Shown: positions 1 through 12,621 of the stretch, one piece after another | Layout: every line of letters begins with the position of its first letter | Position numbering within the stretch: the first letter of the stretch is position 1 | Assembly (NCBI GenBank): GCA_965178125.1 | Contig: OZ237738.1 | Span: forward strand, 1,240,001 to 1,304,000 | Direction of reading: 5' to 3' | Source: Bilabrum cf. latius | Taxonomy: Eukaryota | Length of the DNA stretch: 64,000 nucleotides | Translations under genes and position numbers: made by a program | Notes under the pieces: generated by a model | What the model was told of the DNA's origin: nothing | Database searches by the model: none | The model's input: only the letters and a program-made list of their open reading frames with translations

Positions 1-837
1 GGTATATTCTCCGGCAGCTGACGATCTCTTGGGCCACATGGTTCCTCGCCCAGGAACAGGCATGTAGACACAGTGGTAGCCACTCCACTGGCCTACTTGC
101 AGGTTCCCAATCGACTGGTTCTTCCACGGATGTCGCCGTACGTACCTCCTTTGGCACAACCCGACTGCATAGTCGATGAGTTGTGTCAACGGACTCAACG
201 CCGGCGCGGTTTCGTCCCTGACCTACGGTCGTCGACTCGACTACCGCTATCATCGACTGTTTCCACACGTCCTACAGATGGTCCCGACAACCAGTCAACT
301 TCAATGATCAAGGCATGGCGATGTAAGACTTGGCTGATAGTGGAGCGGACGCGCAACCGACGGTTCTGGTGCTTTCCAACCGACGTCGGCGCGCGGTCTG
401 CTCAGATTGGCCATGCTTTGCCCATGTCTTGATTGAACTGGAGACGAAGTGTGTCGAGTAAGCATCGTTGCATCATAATGCTAACGCCGAATGGGGTTCG
501 GGGTTGATGTGGCGATGCGTTCGAGACTCGAACACAGGCTCCGGTCTACCAACGCGAGGTTGCAACCGCCAGTGCGACCAGCAGCTTGCGAGGCATTCCC
601 TCGTCTCCTTCCTTAGGGAAGGGGGCGGGGCAGCGCGGCAGTGGCCGTTCCGGCTCATGCCGTTGTTTTGTCCCACCCTCCTCTCCCTGGTTTGGCTGAT
701 AGTGGAGCGGACGCGCAACCGACGGTTCTGGTGCTTTCCAACCGACGTCGGCGCGCGGTCTGCTCAGATTGGCCATGCTTTGCCCATGTCTTGATTGAAC
801 TGGAGACGAAGTGTGTCGAGTAAGCATCGTTGCATCA
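1..837 (+). mobile_element. 3' end of a Ngaro-type (DIRS order) retrotransposon, B1-A2-B2 split direct repeats
   Basis: 146-bp direct repeat at 330-475 and 692-837 ending in CATCA. The spacer starts TAATGCTAACGCCGAATGGGGTTCGG, nearly identical to the A2 start of the Ngaro at 30949. Abrupt GC-to-AT switch at 838. Confidence 0.8.
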
Positions 838-889
838 GATAAGGTTTATTAATAAATATTTATTTGTATAGCTTTAATATATAAATAAA

Positions 890-1843
890 ATGAGTTATAG
901 CGATGAATTTGTAAGATTGAATTTAGTTAGTTCATCTGTCCCCCACAATTAGACGAGATAGGCGGTAGTGAATGAAACCCGTGAAGGCTTAATATTAAAA
1001 CAAAGTGAAAATTATTTAACGGCTGTTGAAGAGATGGATTTAAATAAATTTATGCTACCGGTGTTTAAACCTGAATATTAGGATGACAGCGGTAAAACCT
1101 ATTTAAAATTTACTCTTGAGAATAAAACATCAGGAGCCAGAGCAGGCGATTATATAGTTCTAGGTAAAAAAGCTAAATTTTATTATTCATATTAGGATAT
1201 TGTAAATGAATTTAATGAAGAGTTAAGCCGAATTTGTGATTTGGTAAGCCTTCCAAGTGGTGATAAACCAGTCTTTAAATTTGAAAATAATAAATGGAGT
1301 TTATCAACAACTGAAGATTTTAGAGATAATTATTATTTATTTGTTAATTTTGAAGCTTTTGCTTTATTTGATAAATTTGAATATGAAGGAATAACAACCA
1401 CACCGAGTGATTTATTTGCTAAACTTTCATATAATAATTCCCCTGCTAGTGGTGATTATGTTTTTATGGCTAGATAGACGAATTTAAATTCTTGGTGCCC
1501 TGTTAAATCTATTATCGTAGAAAGTGATATTCCAGTGAATAAAGAATTGGTGACCACAAAATCATCTACTGGTGGCTCTATAGCCGTCAATAAATCCCCT
1601 ATATTAACCAGCTACCCGTATAATCCTAATGACAGCTCACCAATAGAAAATATATTATATGTTTCTAATCCTTACCGCTGGTATTCAATGATGAAGGATA
1701 GAAGCTTTAAGAGCGTGTCAATGGCGTTCTACTGGGTTGATAAACAAAATGAAAAGTATCCCGTAATGAATTTTAACGGGGGTGAAGCTCACATTAAACA
1801 AGTATTTAAAAAACAAACCGATAATTTAAGTTTAGATTTTTAA
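890..1843 (+). CDS. Minor capsid (penton) protein, outer virophage (317 aa with TAG read-through)
   Basis: ATG 890 is in frame with track ORFs 1241 and 1535, separated only by TAG; ends TAA. Directly upstream of MCP. Resembles the inner penton (ETR..LL, IPVF, FYW.DK). Confidence 0.8.
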
Positions 1844-2360
1844 ATAAATTATAGAAGATTATAAAATATGTTTAGATATTAAAAAATTTATATCTATAGT
1901 GTATATATAAAAAAATGGCTCAACAAATGGTTCAGAATTTACCAGTAAGCATTAAGGCTCCTAAAAGCCTTCAAATGATAACCCCTGAAGATGCTAGTTT
2001 AGGAACAGAACTAGGTGTTCAAAAATATACCCGCCGAGAAATTAGACCATCATCTAATCAATCTAATTCTCTTCTTCCCCTTTCTTTCCCCGTTAATCCT
2101 ACTAGTAAAACCGTATCAAGGTTTATTCGTCTTCGTCATCGTATGACAGTTAGGCTACAACTAGAGCAAGCAGTACCAGCTCAAACTGCGGGAGGTGATG
2201 CTATTACCGCTCAATCTTATCTTAAATCTAGGTTTGGAACTAATTCATTACCTACCTTTAAAATGCTTCAAGGTGGTGTTTTAACAATTAATGGATAGCC
2301 TTTTACAGTAAAAGTTTATGAATGGGCTGAACCTACTGAAGTTATGAACAGTGAAGAAAC

Positions 2361-3403
2361 GGGGGGGACAACAGGTGGTGGTAGGTACACCAAGCGTTTA
2401 GGACGAGGGCTACGCTACGCTCGCCCCTCCTTTAAAGGCATATTTAGCAACTCAAGTGTTTCCCCTATAAACCTAAATGATTTCACAGGGGGTTCCCCAA
2501 GAACCCCTATAGAACCCCTCTATGTACCCATTTTCAGATATAAAATTTACTCCTACGAAGTAGGGGTAAATTGAAGAATTCTAATATTTAACCCCCTTAT
2601 AAACTCTAACAGCAAAGACAGAGATGTTTTAGTAAAGTAGGAAAAAATGAAGAAATTAACCAAGTGTCCAAAATATCTCTGTGTTTGCTGTAGGAACGGA
2701 AGGATGAATTCCCAAGAGACCAAGAGACCAACCGAGGATTTCCCCAAGAGAACAAGGTATTTTATCAAGAGACCGAGGTATGTTCCCAAGCGACAAACCG
2801 ATAAACCGACCGATGAACCGACCGATGAACCGACCAAGGATTTCCCAAGGATTTCCCAAGGATTTCCCAAGGATTTCCCAAGGATTTCCCAAGGATTTCC
2901 CAAGGATTTCCCAAGGATTTCCCAAGGATTTCCCAAGCGACTAAATTGTTCTCCGAAGCAACCAAACCGATTACCCAAGAGATGATACATTATAAGGAAA
3001 ACGAAAACGTATTTTAAGTCCCTTTGGAAAAGTCCCCCAAAAATTGAGAGATTTTACAGGTCAATTTTAAGAGACTTAGAAAGAATAAATATATTTTCCA
3101 ATTAAAATTAAATGTTGTAATTCCTATGATGCCACCATAAAAATTAAAAGGAAAACGAAAACGTATTTTAAGTCCCTTTGGAAAAGTCCCCCAAAAATTG
3201 AGAGATTTTACAGGTCAATTATAAGAGACTTAGAAAAAATAAATTAAGTTCCCAAGATGCTCGGGCTTTGCCCTCCGCTCTTTTGATATCTTTTTCAAAG
3301 ATTAAAATTAAATGTTGTAATTCCTATGATGCCACCATAAAAATTAAAAGGAAAATAAAAAACAAATTATAATTGTTTTCCAATTAAAAACGCAAAAATT
3401 GAT
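2361..3403 (+). repeat. Left terminal inverted repeat of inner virophage
   Basis: Reverse complement of ~18676-19606. Contains 9 copies of 11-bp CCAAGGATTTC and ~155-bp internal sub-repeats. Confidence 0.92.
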
Positions 3404-3627
3404 GGAAAATAATATAGGATACAAAGAAATATTAAAAGGGTATAGGGATGATAATTTAAGCCATTCTATATCACTATAGTTAATGAACCCATTTTTAAAG
3501 GAGTTGATGATAGAGCATATTGTCAAGCAAATTAATCCACGTATTTGGAAAAAATTACACGAAAAACTAAAGGAATACAAGAAGCTCGGGCTTTGATATA
3601 AGTAGAAGACTATACTATAAAGTACTT

Positions 3628-3912
3628 ATGAAGCCACATACCTACGATTTTGAAAAGGTTGTCGAGAATTTTCTATTTAAAGCACCCTCAAGACGCAAGA
3701 ATAAGAAGTATGATGTTTTTGACGAAAATGATGAATACATTACATCGTTTGGTGATAGGCGGTATTAGCAATTTTACGATAGAATAGGGTATTACAGCCA
3801 TTTAAATCATTTAGATACGGACCGCCAATTTAGATACTTCAAACGACACGGTATCGAAGTAAAACCAAGAACCCCAAAGTTCTTCTCACATTTTTACCTT
3901 TGGAGTTCATAA
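3628..3912 (+). CDS. Tlr6F/DUF5754-like small protein (94 aa)
   Basis: SRRKNKKYDV...SFGDRRY*QFYD...NHLD...RY..RH...FSHFYLW; one in-frame TAG; ends TAA. Confidence 0.7.
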
Positions 3913-4443
3913 ATGACACGTCAATAAATACACTAATTCATCAGGATTTAATGTATGTTTCTTACAAACCTTATCCACCCACTTTTTATACTAATCAGCG
4001 TTTTTCGCTCTATTCCAAAGACGAACTATACAATGTCTCCCGCAGGTTGCTATATCCATTCCATCCGCCTAAAACTAATATGGGTTATAGTCAATCTTAT
4101 ACGGAGAATGATACATTAAATATATTAACTCAGGGTCTTCATAAAAACGTTTCCGCACGCTTTCACTCATTGTGTGCTATTGCCTATCAGGACGAATTCC
4201 ATAACTGTCAAAGAAGTATATTGTTTTATTACGCTTAAATAAGCACACCCAGTGTCCAGAATTTATTTCTTCTTGGTATAGAATGATACAACAATTACAA
4301 CGACTAAATAATCCATCAATACTATTGTACTATCCTAATTCTGTATATGGAACGATGTTTACCGACGTAGGAAGAAACCCCTTAATATTTGGTGGAGTTT
4401 GGAGGAGAACACGAATATCACTATCGCTAAGAGCATAATCCAT
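3907..4443 (-). CDS. Virophage maturation cysteine protease (adenain-like, 178 aa)
   Basis: GHWVCL, YFFDSYG and YNPY*F*ADGMDIATCGRHC motifs; 5 in-frame TAG; ends TGA. Absent from the ORF track. Confidence 0.92.
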
Positions 4444-4632
4444 ATATATTTATTATAGAAACATATATTGGGGGAGATGAATTCTCTTAACCACTATTTA
4501 AGCGTAGAAGTATTTCTACAAAATCCGTTTTGGAATTTGTGGATAGCATAAAAGACAATCATTCAAAATAAGTTTTCAACAAAAAGACAAAACACTTTAG
4601 AAAAAATAAAAACATATAGTAAATACACTAAA

Positions 4633-5535
4633 ATGGCTCATTTTTCTTGGAAGGAAACTACAAAATCAACACCCATCGCATATGACACTCACGGAAAACG
4701 TATTTTATACACGGCGGAAAACACAGACAACCAATTTGGAGATGATAGTATGTCATTTTAGGATTTTCAAGTATCATCACTTACAGGGAAACGATTTCCG
4801 CAGAGGAAAATGGATTTATTAGCACGACACTTAATCAAACAGGTCGAACCCCTAGACGAAGACATCAAATACTTGTATGAAAAAGCATAGGAAAAGAAAC
4901 ATAAAGAGATTACATTAAAATAGGGTGAATTCCAATCATTACCAAATTTAAACGGAAGAGAGGTAATATATATCACCGCACCATCAGGTGCTGGGAAGTC
5001 TACTTGGGTTTCCAAGTATGCTAAGAATTATCATAGAATGTTTCCAAACAGGAGAATTATTTTATTTTCACGAGTATAGTAGGATAAAGTCTTAGATGAA
5101 GTGAAAGGACTGAAAAGGATTATTTTAAATGAGGAACTGGTGGAGAACCCGATTGATATTCATTAGGAATTAAGGGACGCCTTAGTAATCTTGGATGATA
5201 TTGATACAATCAAAGATAAGAAGTTAAGGGAAGCCCTCAATCATTTACAGGATGAAATATTATAGGTTGGTCGCCACTCAAATACTTCAGTATTAATCAC
5301 AAGTCATTTATCCACCAACTATAAAAGTACCCGTATTATTCTTGCGGAAAGTCATAAGTTCGTTATATTCCCTTAGTGTTCTTCCGCACATTCTCTAAGG
5401 TATTTACTAAAAAATTATATTGGACTTGAGAAACAAGAAATCTCTAAAGTCCTAAAAATGCCTTCTCGGTGGGTTTGTGTTCATAGGAATTACCCGAGGT
5501 ATTTAATTGGAGAAAGGTAGGCTTACCTTCTATAA
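4633..5535 (+). CDS. FtsK-HerA/A32-like genome packaging ATPase (300 aa)
   Basis: Walker A APSGAGKST, Walker B LVILDD, GRH motif then ITSH; only TAG interruptions; ends TAA. Absent from the ORF track. Confidence 0.93.
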
Positions 5536-5564
5536 TTTTGGTCAAACTTGTTATAAAAGTTTCT

Positions 5565-5804
5565 TTAAATAATATTCTATTCTCTTATATACCGACTTGC
5601 TTGAGGTAAACTCATACCAGTCTACTACATCACCATTTTTACAAGTTTATTGCGGCGTTTCATTTTGGCGCTCACTTTCCGCTTAGGCTTACTACGGCCT
5701 TTTCCAACTTTAATATGATGGTTTTTAACTCTATTTAAAGCGTCTTGTTCTTTCTATAGCGCGAGTTGTTTGGTTCTCTATATAATCCACTTATCAATAT
5801 CCAT
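5565..5804 (-). CDS. Small basic protein (79 aa), candidate DNA-binding core protein
   Basis: MDIDKW...VGKGRSKPKRK...RRNKLVKMVM..TGMSLPQASRYIRE; TAG read-through; ends TAA. Confidence 0.55.
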
Positions 5805-5869
5805 TATACTATACACAAACACTTTATTTTTTATTTTTTGGTCAAGCTTTTTATAAAAGCTTATAGTAA

Positions 5870-7051
5870 ATGAAAACTGCTAAAGTGAATGCTCTTATTC
5901 AGCAAGCCCTAGAAAGGGAACTGGACAATGCTAAAATGTTAGATTTACAGGCAAGGGACGACGTAGATTTAGAAACAGAATATAGTGATTTTATAAGGAA
6001 AAGGGCAAAAATTGAACGATTAAAAGAAAGTGGAAGGTATGGAACTCCAGCGTAGAGAAAATAGGCAGACCAAAGCAACGAGGAAATCATATCTAAGTCA
6101 ATATCTGGTATAATGAAAGGTATTATTGAGGGTAAAAATGTAAGTCCAGCAGTGAAAGCATTGAAGGATTTTGTTGGTAATATCAATATGTCTCCACAAA
6201 TGAAGCAACAACTCGCCCGTCAATACGTTAACATAGAGAGGTTTCAAAGGAAAGGATACGAAGGACTGCAGAGAGTTCCAGCTGAGGATAGAAAACAACT
6301 CTTAGAATTAGGGAAAGTTATATAGGAGGCATCCGGACAACGAATACCGTAGGGAATGTTGGGAATTGATTAGTAGCCAACATCTTTACAAACACCTGCT
6401 CGAACAACAAGAAGAAACACGTTTTCCGCTCCAACACAAGTACAGCTTCCAAAAAGGTCTTCGGGTGCGTATAAATAGTTATTGGAAAGAGCCAGAGAAA
6501 GAATACAACAAGACAGACCCTTAACTGAAAAACAACGAATAGCGTGGGATTTAGAATAGGGAAAGAATTTCTCACAAAGAACATCACAGGGGCAGACAAA
6601 TATGTTTTAGCATTTTCAAGAGGGTTCAAGTAGTAATGCGTCAAAAACATCAAAAGACTTAGATGCCATATTAGCCGCAGCGAGCAATGAAAGACCACTA
6701 CCGCAAGGAAGCACTCCGGGGGCGTGGGACCCAGAAACTGGTGAGTACTATGATATGCCGAGTAGGATGGAAATTGAGCAGGGAATTGGAAAACGTGCTA
6801 CTAGACCTGTGTAGCGATTTACGGGGTTTAGTCCGCCCTATGGAATGTAGTAGCCTGATTTAGAAGACCCACCATCACGCGCAATGACTGTAGAAGAAAG
6901 TGGAAAACCAAAAAAGGGGAAAGGATTAACAGGTGGAAAAAGAATTATCTATGATACAGCAATGAATGTAGCCAAGAAAGTAAAAGGAAGCACTAAAAAT
7001 ATTCATCATTAGGTTGCTATGGAACTATTACATCTTTTAGGAAAAGATTGA
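5870..7051 (+). CDS. Hypothetical protein (~393 aa) with C-terminal GKGLTGG motif
   Basis: Track ORFs 5870 and 6113 are in the same frame, joined via TAG; ends TGA. Confidence 0.6.
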
Positions 7052-7116
7052 CCAAAACCTCTTATATACATCTTTTGGCAACCTGATAAAAATTATATCT
7101 GTGGATATACTATAAA

Positions 7117-7608
7117 ATGTCAGTCTCAAATCTTCTATCTAAGAACAGTCTAGACCTTATGTCTCAAACTATTACGTGTAATGTTGTGAGTAGCGACGCA
7201 ATTAAAGTGTCCGCAATTACTAACTCTACGGGAGCAGTCATAGGCAATCCAAGTATTGAATTCAAAGACGGAGAGCCTTATATGGAGTGGGGTGAAACTG
7301 TTCTACGGTTTGGAAAAAACGGAGCGTCTGCTGGTTGTCAGTTCAGTATGAGCGAAGAAGGAGAAAGATGCGATATTTCACTAGTTGGTTCATTCAAGAC
7401 TTCTCAAGAGGGTGTTGTTGGGCTGAGTGAGGTTGCTGGAGCTACATTGGCTGACGCTTCTACCCCTATTAATACGTCAGCAGAGCGAAAGTTCAAGGGC
7501 GCTTTAGTGTATAATGGAAGCGACAACGATGTCTATGTGGCGATTGGCAGTTCTTCTACATCTAGTTGGAAATCCTTAGTGTCAGGTTCACTTATTACAC
7601 CATCTTAA
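7117..7608 (+). CDS. Hypothetical beta-rich protein, putative fibre/spike; homologous to 32940-33461
   Basis: GETVLRFGKNGASAG...EEGERCDISLVG matches GEALRFGANTASAG...EDGHECDLTVKG; lies just upstream of the penton. Confidence 0.6.
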   Translation: MSVSNLLSKNSLDLMSQTITCNVVSSDAIKVSAITNSTGAVIGNPSIEFKDGEPYMEWGETVLRFGKNGASAGCQFSMSEEGERCDISLVGSFKTSQEGVVGLSEVAGATLADASTPINTSAERKFKGALVYNGSDNDVYVAIGSSSTSSWKSLVSGSLITPS

Positions 7609-7664
7609 TTATACTTTAGAAAAGTAATCAAACCCACCCCATAATTATAAACGTCTATAGTAAA

Positions 7665-8774
7665 ATGAGTTCTCCAGACCGATTTTACATTACCGCAAAC
7701 ATACGAAATAACGAAGATACTTTCCAACCAGCGACCTATAGCGAAACCCGCAAGTAGCCATTATTAGATAAGGATGTTGGTGATTATACGATGTCAGTAT
7801 TCCGGTTTTCCATAAGCACCAATTCAATACCTTTATGGGTTCCACACATAGAAACCGATAAAGTGAAAAATCCATCTTCAAATCCTAATCAAACGGTGTA
7901 TAGAATAAGCATTACAGATGAAGACGGAGTAAGTTTATGGACCTCAAGCATTCAGTGGAGACCCTAGTTAACAGGGGAAAACCAACCATCTTTTTCCAAT
8001 CCTATGTAGTTTGTTCCTTATTATTATATGTATTCCGTGTAGCATTTTGTTGATTTATTCAACGAAACCATATAGAATGCTTTATCAGCGGATATTACAT
8101 CAGTTCCGGTTTTACTCTTTAAAGATGGAAAGTTCAGTTTAGTAGCAAACCCCGATTACGACGAGGAAAACTCAGGACAGAAATTTAAATTAGTGTTGAA
8201 TGAAGCCCTTAACGAACTGATGACGGGTTTTCCTATGGAACGAATGGATATCCAAGATGACGACTTATACGCCAGTATTCTATTCAAAACCCTAGGAACC
8301 AATGTTTTATTCGATGATGGCTCTTCTGTTGGAAAATATGAACCTTAGGCATACTTCGAGGGAAACCCAACGGGAGACTACAGATTAATGATGACCTAGG
8401 AACGAGGGAGTTTAGTGTAGTTTTAGATTTTTCGCGGAATAGTTTTCACATCTTCAAGTCTTCCAGTGAGGAGTGAGGCAATATCCTAGAAATCCGCCTA
8501 TGGACAATCCACTAATACAGTTCAAAATTCAGGTTCAGGGACCGAGAGTTTATTAGTGGATATGGATTGTGTATTAGATGATACTGAAACAGTTAATTAG
8601 CAGGTTCTTCAATACCAGCCCCATATTCTCCACGAAATTGATTTTTTAGATACACATTCAGTAGATAGGATTTAGTTTAATCTATATTGGAAAGACAATT
8701 ATTCAAATCTAAGACCTCTTTATTTACGCCACGGAAGTGTGAGTGTGAAGTTTTTATTTAAGAAACGGAAGTGA
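7665..8774 (+). CDS. Minor capsid (penton) protein, inner virophage (369 aa)
   Basis: ATG 7665 to TGA 8774 with TAG read-through. YSETRK*PLL, SIPVF, IVFTSSSLPV, LYWKD, VKFLFKK motifs; precedes MCP. Confidence 0.88.
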
Positions 8775-8879
8775 AATTAGTTTTGTATTACTTTTATGAA
8801 GAAACGAGTTTGCGTTCTTTTCTAAAGAACTGAGTGATAGAATTTTATTCGTTGTATATAATATACAAGGAAAACAAAA

Positions 8880-10646
8880 ATGTCATTGAATACATTTGCC
8901 CTTCAGCCAGTCAAAGTATCTCCCGCAACATTAGACGTACAACCAAAGCCTTATGAAGTTCAAGAAGGTTATGAGAACCGAACGTTTCGCAGATACGCTC
9001 CATCTGGTTCAGCCGGTAATTATAATTCAGGTGTGAATTGGAATATTAGTATGCCTTCAGGTGTAGGTTTATGCCGCCGCGCATACGTGTCTTGCCGTTT
9101 TTCCATTACCTTTTCCGTGAATAATCAAACCGCAGGTGCTCTCGTACCATTTACACCAGATTACGATGCTCCACGCTCATATCCACTTAATCGCTCCATT
9201 GCAACACAGACAGTTGGTATCAATAACATTCGCTTTACTTAGAATAACGCGGAAATAATGGACGTAGTGTCCCATTGTTTAGATGATGATGTTCATCGTG
9301 TGAATTGCCTTGATAGTGTGTATAGACGCGACAATGTGCCTTCATACGCGATGATGAGTTAGGCTACAAATAACGCTCTTGCTTCGTATGAGGACGTGCT
9401 TTAGGACCAACCCGCAAGAGGAAGTGGATTTTATAACTTGGTTCAAATGGATAACACTCCAGTGCCCGCAGGTCAAACGCAAAATCGTGTTCTTGTCTTT
9501 GAATGTACTGAGGCGGTTCTTTGCCCACCTTTCCATTACGAAAGTAAATAGGAACAACCAGCCATTTTCGGTTTAGAAACTCTTTCCTTGGATATCAATT
9601 GGTCGCAACTGAGTAGAACCGTGTGGTCTCGTATTCCACAATAGGACTTAACTGCTACCGTTTAGTCGGTAGATGTCCAGAACCCCTATTTATACCTTGA
9701 ATAGATTACCCCTAAAACAGGGTTTGTCCTTCCAAAACAGGTATCCTATGATATTTTTGAAATGACTTCATATACTCAAAGCTATGGTGCAACAATCAGC
9801 GCAGGAACAACAGCAACTCTTACGAACAACAATATTAAACTTAGCAATTCAGTTCCATCTCGTCTATTTGTGTTTGCCCGTCGCTCACCTACCAGCGTCT
9901 CAGTAGATTAGGGAAACACATTCCTTGGAATTGAGGGAATATCTATTGAGATGAATAACCAAAGTGGATTACTCGCAGATGCTTCACCTCAGTAGCTATG
10001 GGACTTATCCAGAAGCAATGGACTTGAATAGCAATACGCGGAATGGGCTATGCGTAAATTCGGGGATAGGGTGCTATCAGGCGCAATTCTCTCCATCGAC
10101 CCCGCCAAGGATTTGAGCCTAGATGTAGATTAGACAAATGGAAGCAACGGCTCTAACCAATTGTCTATCACCCTACGAGTGAAGAATAATGATGTTGTAG
10201 ATTACCAAAATGTGTAGTGTGTGGTTGTGGGATTGTACGAAGGAGTAATGAATGTGATTGATGGTTCTAAGATTGAGTATTAGCAGGGTGTCATCTCACG
10301 GGCAGATGTTCTTTCCGCCTCTAAACTACCCGTAGTATATGAAAGTCAATTATCAGGACTACACGGTCGCGGTCTTGGGAAAAAGATTAGACACGCCTTA
10401 AAAAAGTTCGCACACAAAACCGCTGATTGGGTAAAGAAAGGCAATCTCAAAAAAGTATTAAAGGATGGTAAGTAGGTATTTGACACCGCTAAAATGGTGG
10501 GTGAAATGGCTGGTATGGGACGCCAAAGGAAACCCCGAAAAACTACCAAGAAAGGCAAGGGCTTAACAGGTGCCAAGTTGGGTTCTGGATTAACAGGTGG
10601 TAAATCTCTCTCTCGCAATCAATTACTCGCTATGCTCCAAGCTTGA
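8880..10646 (+). CDS. Major capsid protein, inner virophage (588 aa)
   Basis: Virophage-MCP-like motifs PS...RRAY, YPL...INN, VPSRLFVFAR, QLWDLSRSNG; Gly-rich basic tail with LTGG; TAG read-through; ends TGA. Confidence 0.9.
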
Positions 10647-10701
10647 GTATGAAAAGGGTAAACCAATAAATATTTGTCTTGGTATATAGTATATCAAAAC
10701 A

Positions 10702-11319
10702 ATGTCAGTATCATCTGCTGTAATGGTTGCTGGGACTTTGGCTCCTTTAATGTATTCTGGTAGTCGGTGTCTATATTCTTGGTGGACGAAAGACGGAACT
10801 TAGAAACAGAAATCCTGCGTGGTTGTTCCAAAAGGCTCTGGGAAAACTACTTTGTGTCGCTCTATAGAAAGTGTTGATAAAGACACTTTGGTCATTGACT
10901 TAGATGAATGCGTAAATGGTTAGATTTCAGGGTAGGAAAAATAGAAAATGGAGAAAATGCTAATTGATGGTGATGAAAGCACCCACCGTCTCTTTTATTA
11001 CTCTTAGTCAAGATTAGTGTATGAAAAAATTAAAGCGGATTGGCTCACAAAGAAATCCAGGCGTTTAATTGTTATGGTTGGTTCGTTGGAATTAGCGAAA
11101 GATTTATTTAAGGAAAGTTCAATTTTTGTGTGTGTGCCTTCTCACAGTCTTTTTGAGGAAATCCGTGAAGGGAAAAAATCGGGGGACTTATTGTCTGTAG
11201 AACGCTCAAGAACGAATTTAATCGCTGGATTACATTAGAGTTAGTACTGTGTCTATTCATCCTTTTAGCAACTGGAGGAATTCGTCCGGAAAACCTTCGG
11301 TCTTGGAAGTCGTCTATGA
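10702..11319 (+). CDS. P-loop NTPase/kinase-like protein (205 aa)
   Basis: PKGSGKTT Walker A and LVIDLDE; hydrophobic N-terminus; TAG read-through; ends TGA. Confidence 0.65.
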
Positions 11320-11344
11320 GTTTTTTAATACAAGCCTATACTAA

Positions 11345-12601
11345 ATGGATAGTTTTTATACACTTAGTGGCGGAAAAATGAATTCTGGTTTTGTTAAGAC
11401 GTACATTAGTGTCAAAGAACCAAAGAGTAAAACAACAAGGACATGGAAAAGTGAACATCCTTATTCTAAAGAAGCCCTTGAAAAAGCAATTAAGTTTGAA
11501 GATGGTGTGCGAAGCACCCCCTCTCGGCGCAGTTAGCTGGCGCAACAGCTTAAAGATGGTGTGGGAGCAAAAGGAAAACCAAAAAAGAAATCCTAGAAGA
11601 AATCCACACAATCCAACACACTTCATTAGTATTTAAAAAATGGTTTGCGAAGCACCCCCTCTCGGCGCAGTTAGCTGGCGCAACAGCTTAAGGGTGGAGT
11701 AGTGTATGGGAATTCAAACGAAGTCCAGAGAACACTACAGCAATACGGGGATAGAACAATTATAGCTATGAAAGTAATTAGAACCCCCATTAGTGGCGCG
11801 ATTAATCGGTTGCTTAACTGGATTACCCTTGGAAAAATGAAAAAGTTAAAAAATAAACACGGATATAATGATTTTTTTCACTTAGCCTTAGAGTTGAACC
11901 TTGGAGGTGGAAAAAAGATTTATCTTGAGAAGAATGAGAGGGTTAATTTGTCCTCAAGATTTTCCACCAACAAGAAAACACAAACTATGGAAGTAAATAT
12001 TAATGGAAAACCTTAGAAAACAGTAAGGGAATTATATGAAACCACTTTACAGAAAATAGGAGAATACAATTTTTATTAGTATCGTGCTTTCTCGTTGAAT
12101 TGTCAAAAGTTCATTTAGGATGTTCTACGCACAAATGGGTTTTTGACACCACCCTTAAACCAATTTATTATGTAGGATGTAGAGAGTATTGCTAAGAACG
12201 TATCGGGATTTACTAAGAGAGTGGCTAATGCTGCTACTGATGTGGCTGGGTATTTTTCCAAATGGTTCGGGAGAGGTTTAGATGATTTACCGGAAGATGT
12301 AAGAAACGCTTTAAGAAAAAATTAGGAAAAGCATAAGTAGAACACAGAAAGGGATTTTGGACAAGATTTTAAGGAAGGTTGGGATTTAGCAACTAAAACA
12401 GTTGGAAGACCAATTATGAAAGAAATCCATTCGCATACGAATGACCCAGTATCGGGTATGTATCTGGAAATATTTGGAGGTCAATGTCAGTGTGAAACAA
12501 AACGTTCAAGAGTTATGAAAATGGCGTCCATTTTAAGAGGAAAAGGAATATCCAAGAAGACAGCACTTAAGTAGGCTTGGAAAATGTTTGCGTATGATTA
12601 A
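11345..12601 (+). CDS. Hypothetical protein (418 aa) with permuted papain-like (PPPDE/LRAT-type) His...NC motifs
   Basis: FFHLAL and YRAFSLNCQKFI; joins track ORFs 11345 and 11702 via TAG; internal 46-bp duplication; ends TAA. Confidence 0.6.
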
Positions 12602-12621
12602 TTTATGATTGTGTATAGTAA

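Noticed and set aside
2553-2990. Repeat-rich ORFs in the TIRs (mirrored at 19043-19414)
   Set aside because: Products of the 11- and 12-bp minisatellites; open on both strands with no protein motifs.
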